Source: Oikopleura dioica
Taxonomy: Eukaryota > Animalia > Chordata
Assembly (NCBI GenBank): GCA_907165135.1
Contig: OU015569.1
Coordinates: forward strand, 11,904,001 to 11,968,000
Length of the DNA stretch: 64,000 nucleotides
Direction of reading: 5' to 3'
Shown piece after piece: positions 55,960 to 64,000 of this stretch; the stretch's first letter is position 1; each line of letters begins with the position of its first letter. The notes under the pieces were generated by a model that was not told the DNA's origin, ran no database searches, and saw only the letters and a program-made list of their open reading frames with translations. Made by a program: the position numbers and the translations under genes.

Positions 55960-58761
55960 TTACAGCAGGGCATCAAGAACACTATCAAAGAGCTCAATGT
56001 CTACTAGACAGAGGCAGCTTTTCCGCCTGTCTTTACAGTGCTCCCGGATTGTGGAAACGAGAAAGTCTTTCTTGGTCCCGTAGTATGCTTCGTTAGCTTC
56101 CGGAAAATATGATTCGCGCGTATTTTTCAGCTTCTCACGGAATTCCTTCGAGCAGGTCTTTGAATACGAATCAAAGTCACTAAGTTGGGATTAGAAAAAT
56201 TTTAACATACATCATAATAGATAGACAAATTAGGAACTAGCGGATAAATCTACACATTAGCAGATTTTTGGTAGAATAAAAGCCTTGTGGAAACGGTCTT
56301 AGTTAGGTGCGAAGCTCATTGTTGAAGACTGTTTCCAGACGGCTCTTATTCTCCCAGAAACAATCCAATTTGTTGATTTATCCGCTATCTTCTGATTTTA
56401 TTTCTCTCTGCTCTTATCCCTGCCTTAATCTTTCGCGAGTATAAACTTCAAATTTATGTCGATCTTTACAAACACCAACTTTTTTATAAACGTCCTCTGT
56501 CTCCGGCTCCGCCATCACCAGTTCCGACATTTTTCCTTCCAGTTTCGCGGCCGCTTCCACAGTCGCCACGGCTTCGCGAAAGGGCCAGAGTTCGCTTTGG
56601 ATGACTCGGTAGTCGAAGGTGCGTTGCATTTCCTCTTCTGGCGTCCGTTCTAGAGCGGATTTCTTTGAAATCTCGTCAAAGCGGCTCTTTGATTGCTGCG
56701 CGAGGCCTTCGATCGAGTGGAATAAGTAGCCAATAGTGGTTGAGTTTAGGGGGAGGAGAATACGATCAGGCTTGAGATCGGACACGGTTCTAGAACATCT
56801 GGAAGCTAGTGATGGATCTGTATCATCCACGGCGAGGAGGGTGACGTTTCCAATTTGTTTGATAAAATCGTCAATGATCGGTTCATTTTCTTTTTCTCTC
56901 CCTTGATCTCTCCTCGCATTCCGGAATTGAAATTGAAATTCCTGAAGAGCATTATTTCGTCCAAGCAGATTGAGAACGATTTTGGCGCGTTTTATCACGT
57001 GGAAGTCGGCAATTTCCGCCGGTTCGATATTCAGCGCTTCCAAAATCAATCCATAAGCGTCGCTCTTCCCTTCCAATAGCGCTCGGTAAAGCATATTCTC
57101 CAAGACCCTCTCTTCTCCATCTTTTTGAAACGACTTTTTGAACCCTTTCAAAATCACTTTTGCCATTTGAATTTGCCCCCGCGCCAGAACAAGCGTAAAC
57201 GCCTTCTCCAAACTCTCGCTGCTCGCAAAATCGATGATTTCTTCGACCAAGGCGATGTCGTCTGCCAAACAAAGGCGGCAGAAGATCGTTGGGTCCTCGA
57301 CGAGCTGGCGCTTTTCCTCGGCTTCGTGGTCCAGGTCAAAGGCTGTGGCGAAATTGTCCACTTGTTCCAGGGCGAATTCCTTTTTCTCGCTGTCGAAGGT
57401 GGTCACGTTGAAGGCGTTAAATTTGTCACCGTGCGAATCTATAAGAAATTACAAGGACACTGTTTTTTTATGCTTCCGATAACTGGGGAGTCTATGTTCT
57501 CCGACCAGAGAAGTCGCAGAGAGTCCCTAAGAGTACCAAAATGTAGCTTAGGGTCTGATTTGTGGCGTAGGGACACTGATCAAATGTCAATGTCAAGTGA
57601 TATTTCACAAATGACGTCATCAACTCGGAAATACCCGATTTCGCCAATTTTAACCTCATTTTGGGAGTCGATGTTCTCGAAGTACTTTGGGCTCAAATAA
57701 GAGCTGAACTTCAGCTGCTGAAGGTCTACTCTGTGGCGTAGGGTGGTTAAGATAACCTCATGATGTACTCATCCCTTTTTTACAGAGGGTCGAAAATGAG
57801 GTCGGAACATAAAAACAGTGTCAAGTTATTTTCCAGATTGCAGAGCCTAATTTCAAGACTTACATCGAGATCTGGTAAACTTGGAATAGGCAGTTTCGAC
57901 GACGGCGCGTTTTATGTGAAAGGGAAGTCTGACGTTTACATTTGCTCCTGCCCGGATGGCCTGAACGATGAGCTTCGCGTCGCCAGTGTCGATGATGTAT
58001 TCGAGCACGCTTTTTCCTTTTTCAGAGGCGTTCACGTCTGCTCCAAGCGCGATCAGTTCTTGAAGCACTTCTGTCTTCTCGAAGTGCCCGCTAAAAATCG
58101 AATATAAATCGGTTTAAGTCAAAAAGAAAGTGTTTTACTTTTTGATCAAATTGATGAGAATGTTGCTGTTGGACAAGCGCGAAAGCTGAAGGAGGATTTT
58201 CGGGTGTTTTCGAATCTCAGCCAAGACGAATTCGAGAGAACGCTCGTTCCGGAGCAGTTCCCACCAGACTGGTTCTTCTTCGCGATCTCGGAGGAGAGCT
58301 AAAAGCTCGATTTTGACGTTGTCAGGCAATTCTACAGATGGATATTAACCGCCCGAGCAAATAATTTATGATAATAGTCAATCAAAAATCTTCACTTTTA
58401 GGTGAAAAAAATACTCTCTGATTGAATATCCATCATTATAGAGCTTTAGCCATCTGGTCCAAACATTCAAATCGTATTTTCGATCGACCAGTTCCTCAAA
58501 TTGGCCATAAACCCGATAACGTTTGATTTTGTCTTTATTCGCGAAGTAGACAGCCGCGGAAATTGCACCTATCGTTCCAAAGCGTAGAATCCAGTCCCAG
58601 CGCGCGAACTTCGAGTAATCTTTCGAAGAAAGCTGCGTGACGGAAATCCCCTCTTCCCCGCTGTTCTTTGCTCTTCTCAAGTGCTCAGGGACTTTTCGAC
58701 TGTTTTGGCGGACGGAGAGCAGATTCGCGAAGGGACCGTTTTTTCGTCCGATTCGATTCAT
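55960..58761 (-). CDS. Ankyrin-repeat protein with an N-terminal TM and a degenerate TraB-like C-terminal domain (could be two genes)
   Basis: TM WILRFGTIGAISAAVYF; ANK LQELIALGADVNA..IRAGANVN; TraB-like VTLLAVDD..TVSDLKPDRILLPL, PFREAV, YFPEANEAYYGTKKDFLVSTIR..CLVDIEL. Confidence 0.6.
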
Positions 58762-58909
58762 AATTCAAGATTTCTAAAACGCATGTTACGAACTTGGGTG
58801 GGGCAAAGCTGGGAAAGGCCAGGTTTTGGGGCTTTCGGGCATCTGTGATTGGCTGTTCCAGGAAATACAGGTTTCTTATTTGCCGAAGGGATAAAATAAC
58901 GCCTCTCAT

Positions 58910-58947
58910 CCAATAAGAGGCCAGTATTTCGTACGTCAACCAATCAG
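58910..58947 (+). promoter_or_regulatory. Paired CCAAT module with 30-bp spacing, upstream of the ankyrin gene
   Basis: ccaataagaggccagta at 58910 and ccaatcag at 58940; a third, reverse-oriented gattggct near 58848. Confidence 0.45.
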
Positions 58948-59007
58948 AAACGATCAAAAATACCTTAAAAGTCTCCTCTCCCTTTTTTGTTAACCCTCAA
59001 GTGAATG

Positions 59008-59898
59008 CTAGGACAAGGCTTTTTGTTTTTTACAATCAGACAGACAGTTTTCTTCATCATCATTTTTCCTCTTCAAAACAACAGCACACTTGCGCGTTTT
59101 TCTCTTGAAAGCGTTGACCGCGCAGTTGGTCGGATTGCGTTGGACGAGGGAGGGGAGGCAGTTTTCGGGAAATCGCGCGAGCGCTAGAAGATACGACGCA
59201 TCGCCCGGCGCGCGAATGTCGCTGGTATTGTAGCACTCGGAGCTGAGGACGATTCCGGCGTGGCGAGACATCTCGCCGAGGCGGAACGCCAACTGGATGC
59301 CGTGTTTGCGCTTTTGCGAGTCCATCAGCCATGAACTGAATTTTCTGTGAACAAGAAGTCTCGTGTTTCTGCTGCTACCTGTAATTAAACTCAAATTGAA
59401 CATTTCTCTGCAGCGCCGAGCTGACCGCTCCTCGTCGCACATCAAAAGACAGCTTCTCCGCCAAATCGAAACTGATCAAATCGCAGTCGACGTCTTTGCA
59501 GCAGTCTTGGAAGATCTTCTCCGAGCCGGGAATCACGCAGATTATGTCGTAATCGGTCAAATTCGTCGAGCTCTTCCCGCTGCGCACATTGTACTTGTCT
59601 GTGTTTGTCACCACTTCTACCTTGGATCATTTGATTAATCAACATCAAGGGGAAAAACAGGTAAAGGAAAAGGCACTCACAGTAACCCTCGTAAAAAGCC
59701 TCAATCCAAAATCCTCCTTTATCACGGGCGGCTTCGGAATCTCCTTGCCGCTTGGAACATAAACTGACACTGCCGCACCGCTCCAGCCCAAATCCTTGAT
59801 CGTTTTCAACCTTTCCGAGAGCTTGTCCTTGCCATTCAAAGGGACGTTCAAATCGATCGGGATGTGCTTTTTCGATCCGCGAGTTCCAACGGATCCAT
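59008..59898 (-). CDS. RPP30: RNase P/MRP subunit p30
   Basis: IDLNVP, KDLGWSGAAV, LRLFTRVTV, YDIICVIPGSEKIF, DLISFD, AL.RNVQFEFNY, GIVLSS, DIRAPGD. Confidence 0.88.
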
Positions 59899-59971
59899 TC
59901 TTAAAAAATGAAGTTCGTTACGGAAAAGTCAAAATGAAAATGCTCGCTAGTATTTTTTCTGGCAGTAAATT

Positions 59972-61297
59972 CTAAATGGCATCGCGGATAAAATCGGGCA
60001 GTTTGAGCTCAGAAACGACCTGCAGCGGCGACATCTTTGAAATTGCTGCTAATTCTAGGACTGATTGTGTTCCAACTTGCTCATACGGGCGCTGCTCTTG
60101 TCATTTTGAGCTGTTTTGCACGGAATTGAATCTTTCTCGAGTCTTTGAACATTTCCTATTTCCACGCATTTGTCCCGGAACTCTGAATATCATTATTAGA
60201 TATTCTAAAAAGACAAAGAAATCAGCTCGTTATTCGAGCTAGGCCTATTCTATTGCTACTTTGGACTGCTTGGTTAACTAGTTTTTCCATCCGTTGTCCT
60301 GATTGATTGCATTCTAGCACAAAAAGCTATGCTCGACATGGATAAGTAGGCTGAACAGTCGACTACTGTAGATTTTTGCATAATTTGCCCTAAATCGTCG
60401 AAAAGGATTTCATTCGACAATTTCAACTTTAGACAAGTGCTAACCTAATTCTTCGGCCTGAATTTCTTCCAAAGGCTGCGCTGCGAGTGATTTTGACAAC
60501 GCTGACATCTTTTTTATTTGCTCTCCGAGACTATCATCTTCAGAGGCCATCTGTCAAATAAGGTTTTTTTTTGTTGTTTTGCTTTCGCTTATATTTTTAT
60601 TCAGTCAATCTTTTTGTATTCAGACCAGTTACAAAAGTAATAATTAAATAGTAGTAGATCAAGTTTTAACCATTTTGAACCAATTTCCTTTTGCATTTCG
60701 TCATACATTTCGGAATCGGACATGGTTTCATCGGGTTCTGACTCAGACTCTGACTCAGATTCAGAGCCGGACTCAGAGCTAGACTCTACGTTTTCTTGCT
60801 CCTTTGAACCACCCTGGCCACCTGGCCACCTTTTCACGGCTCTTTCGATGACAGCCATAGTTTCGCGAACTTGCGCGTCTCAAGTGGGGATCAGAATTTA
60901 TCCTAATCAAAAAATGCGGATAAGCAAGGAAATTTTCTCTTCCTTGATTGCAAATTCTCTTTTGATTCTGATAAGTTTGAGAATTAGAAATCGCTTCTGA
61001 AATCAATTTCTCATGATCAATTCTGATCCCGACGCTACAGCAGCTACAGGGGTCGCCATCGATAAAATTTACAGAGAAGGGCTGATTTTAAACCACAGCG
61101 ACCCACAACTGTATAGTTGGAAAACGGAATCAAAAATAAGTTAGAAGAATGTTAATTAATTAAACCGCCCCTGGTCTAAAAAGGAAAGCAGCGGGTAGTG
61201 AAACTTAACGAAAAAAGAGAGGGACGAATGGCGACCCCTAGTGATCTTTAAGTTTTTCATACTCTTCTTCGGCTTTTTCGGGATCATGGTAACTCAT
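59972..61297 (-). CDS. Unknown multi-exon protein with an acidic Ser/Glu-rich tract
   Basis: ATG 61297 (MSYHDPEKAEE..) follows taacag; exons SVGIRIDHEKLI.., DAQVRETMAVIERAVKRW..SESESE, MASEDDSLGEQIKK.., ..KLPDFIRDAI-stop 59972. Confidence 0.5.
61047..61238. mobile_element. TA-flanked MITE (GGGGTCGCCAT TIR) filling the first intron of the 59972-61297 gene
   Basis: TA-ca-ggggtcgccat (61049-59) ... atggcgacccc (61228-38)-TA, perfect 11-bp TIR. Confidence 0.7.
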
Positions 61298-61634
61298 GTT
61301 CTGTTACGTCAACAGAATCGCTAAAAAAGACACGGGAAAAGGACACTTTCAAAACGGGAAAAAAAGGGATTATTGGAATTCTTAAATTATCCATTCAAAA
61401 GCATAATTATATTTACAAGAGGAGTTTGGAGGGTGTTATCCTTTGATAGAGAAGATGAAGCGGTAGGAAATTGAAAAGATAGAAACAGTAGTTTTGTTTT
61501 TCTCCGTTGATCCTCGGGAGATAGAAATCAAAAAAGAAAGTAAGGTGGCAAAGAAAAGGAGACAACAGTCAAAAAAGGGTATTATAGATAGAGATAGTCT
61601 TTTGGTTCTGCTTTTAAGTTTGTTAATTTAAAGT

Positions 61635-63224
61635 TCATTGCTGCTTGATTTCGGGAGGAATCATCGGCTCCGAATCCGCCATGACGGCAGCAGCCTCGGC
61701 CAGGGCGGAAACTTCTGTTCCTCGGTAGATCGCGTTGTATTCTTGCAGCTTTTCTTTGATATCCAGAATTTCAGACCTGAAAATAAATGATCAATAATTT
61801 GATTTGTGCTTCGAAGCCTGTTGAAGCCTTCCACGGAGACTTTTATTGATAACTACTATTGCCATCATTCTAGTACTGCATGACTGGCCGATTTTGGACA
61901 GAACAAGTTCGACCAAAGGGCCTATTTCTCTGATAATTTATCAGAGACCACGAAAACCAGTCAGCTCTAGGCTTTCGACAAACCCTAGGACCGCCTGAGA
62001 AAAGATCTATATTTACCTGACTTGATTAATTTTCTCCCTCAATTCCATGTTTTCATTTTCCAAAAATCCCGTCCTCATCGTCGTCTGATTATCCCGAAGT
62101 CTTCGAGACTCTCTCGATCGCTTCGCTGCGAGGTTGTTTTTCCGTCTCTTTCGAAAGAAGAATCGTTACGTTTGCGATAAGCGCTTATCAGCAACTTACC
62201 CTTTCCCAGTAGAGTTCGTCTTTTTGGTGCGCCGGCACCGGTCGTTTCTTTCCTTTTGGCTTGATCAGCGGTTCTCCCGGCGATTTCTGAGCAGCGATTT
62301 TCGGAGTCGGGGGGCCGTTTTCTTGAATCGCTTCTTGACCAGTCTGTCCTTGCTGGTTACTCTGCAGCTGGCTGCTTTGCTCAGATCCGCTCAAGCTCAC
62401 CGGCGACGATTGCTGAAATGTGTTGTCTTTCATCACTCCCTGGATGTAGCTAGTTTGTGGTGCGATTTTTGCTCCATCGTTTTTCGCTGAAAATAAATTT
62501 TGAATTCAAAGCGCGGCTTCTCGGTTTTAACTTGAGCACCTGTTTCGACGATGAGATTGTTTCCCGCTTGAATGACGTTTTTGACTTGATCTCTGATGAT
62601 GAAGACGCGGACCTGGCCACTTCCAGTTGCCTAAAAACGAGTTAGTGCTTTTTCTTTCATTTTAAGGTGTTGCTTACATCTCCTGGTTGTTGAACTGTGA
62701 TAATCGACTGCTGTCTGGACTGATCGTTGCCGTGTTGTCCGTCGTTTCCTGAAACAAATATCATCAGAAGACTTTCTTTGGCCTAGGTAAACAATGTCTA
62801 CTAGACATCATGAACAGAATCTATTTGAGTCAATTTAATGAATTATATCAACAGAAATGTTGGTCGAAATGGGCATTTTATCAAAGTAAGAGAACATTTA
62901 TTAAAATCTTTGTGAAAAAATATGATCGAAATTTGAAATTTTGGTCATTTGAGAAAGAAAATAAGGGGTTAATCATCCATTTGACTATACAAAATAAGGT
63001 ATCATTTTGCTAGTTTCCGGAAAAAGGAAAAAAAAGACTTTTGATTAATCCCACTTCATGATCATTGATCATCTTTGTTTATCTAAGTTTTTCTTACCAA
63101 GAAGCTCTCTCCTCAAGTTCTGGTCATTCATGCAGATTCCGATGTTCTGAGCATTGTTGATTCCGTTGTCGCTGAGGTGCGGGTGTCCTGGCTCATTAAA
63201 ATTCAAATAGTTATCTAAGTCCAT
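61635..63224 (-). CDS. PAR-bZIP transcription factor (TEF/HLF/DBP family)
   Basis: KKRPVPAHQKDELYWER|RRKNNLAAKRSRESRRLRDNQTTMRTGFLENENMELREKI; GT-AG intron inside the basic region; ATG at about 63224. Confidence 0.9.
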
Positions 63225-64000
63225 CTTTTTGTTTCTCGTAAGAACACTGTTTTGGAAAGTGGGGAATACGTAATTCCGCTCTGGCGCGCTGCTGAAACTC
63301 GTCGAAAAGAAACTATTTGACTTTTTCTGTTTTACCAGGAGCTCGAGAGTCAGACACGCCCAGAAAGGAGCTCTTACATAACCCTCCTCTTTTTTTTCTT
63401 TTTCGCTTTTTGAAATCAAGGAAGAGGAAGGAGTCTCCTGACGTGAATTAGTGAACTCCGCGAAAATCAACGGGTCCAATTTTTACCGATTTCGGCATCG
63501 GGTTAACTTCTTTCGCCACTACGAGTTACAGTAATCAACTGAAGACTATTCTGTTTCGCGGTTATATAATTGTTACACAATCCAAACGATCAAGCCTTCA
63601 AGAGAGGTCAATTTGTAAAATGGGCAAAACTGAGAAAGAGCACGAGACTTTCTCCCCACACCTTATTTTTTACGAATAATGCATATTTAGCATGAAGTTC
63701 CATCTCACCCAAAAAAAATAAGCCGCTTGCGGCTTCGAGATACAAATACGAATTAGCCAGGCATAGCGGCTAAAGTATCTCGAAGCCGCAAGCTGCTTTC
63801 CATTATGTTCAAGTTCGATTTTTACCCAAAAAATGTCCTAGAGAAAAAAATCCAAAAAGGAACGCTAGAATCTGTAATTTGCGGCACCCTTCCTTGACTG
63901 TATGAGAACGACTTCTTGCGCTTTCACAATTTGCTGCCCGTTGTTGTTGTGCGCCATTTACTGCGTATTATTGTGACTGTAACTTTACAGCTTCACCGAT

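Noticed and set aside
57125-57700. 191-aa plus-strand ORF
   Set aside because: Antisense to the ankyrin/TraB-like exon, with no recognisable motif.
57767-57780. actcatccc-ttttt resembling my recollection of the 5' end of the O. dioica spliced leader
   Set aside because: Only 9 nt plus a T run match; the rest of the leader, the donor and the Sm site are absent.

Overview
Compact, intron-rich animal genomic DNA. The tiny introns, GA/GC splice donors, operon-like gene spacing and Tor-like LTR element point to the larvacean tunicate Oikopleura dioica or a close relative; this is an inference. About 19 host genes are supported: a C2H2 zinc-finger protein, a P-loop sulfotransferase, FKBP2, separase, a trypsin-like protease, ABCB1, RacGAP1, a ZP-domain protein, a DEG/ENaC channel, a secreted Cys-rich protein, a rhodanese, TFIIA, ALKBH4, V-ATPase C, TMEM209, an ankyrin/TraB-like protein, RPP30, a PAR-bZIP factor and several unknowns. 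The most unusual object is an intact 7.1-kb Ty3/gypsy LTR retrotransposon (29940-37056, minus strand, apparently identical LTRs, TTTA TSD) inside an intron of the ENaC gene. It has a CCCH rather than CCHC Gag zinc finger, gag and pol in one frame separated by a single UGA-CUA readthrough-type stop, and, where env would sit, three small non-membrane ORFs each preceded by a splice-acceptor-like AG, with a GTAAGT donor in the 5' leader. Two TA-flanked MITEs with CAGG ends coincide with predicted introns (introner candidates). Several other MITE families, a higher-order microsatellite and an operon-like gene run are also present. No rRNA, tRNA or CRISPR array was found. Exon boundaries were read by eye and are approximate.
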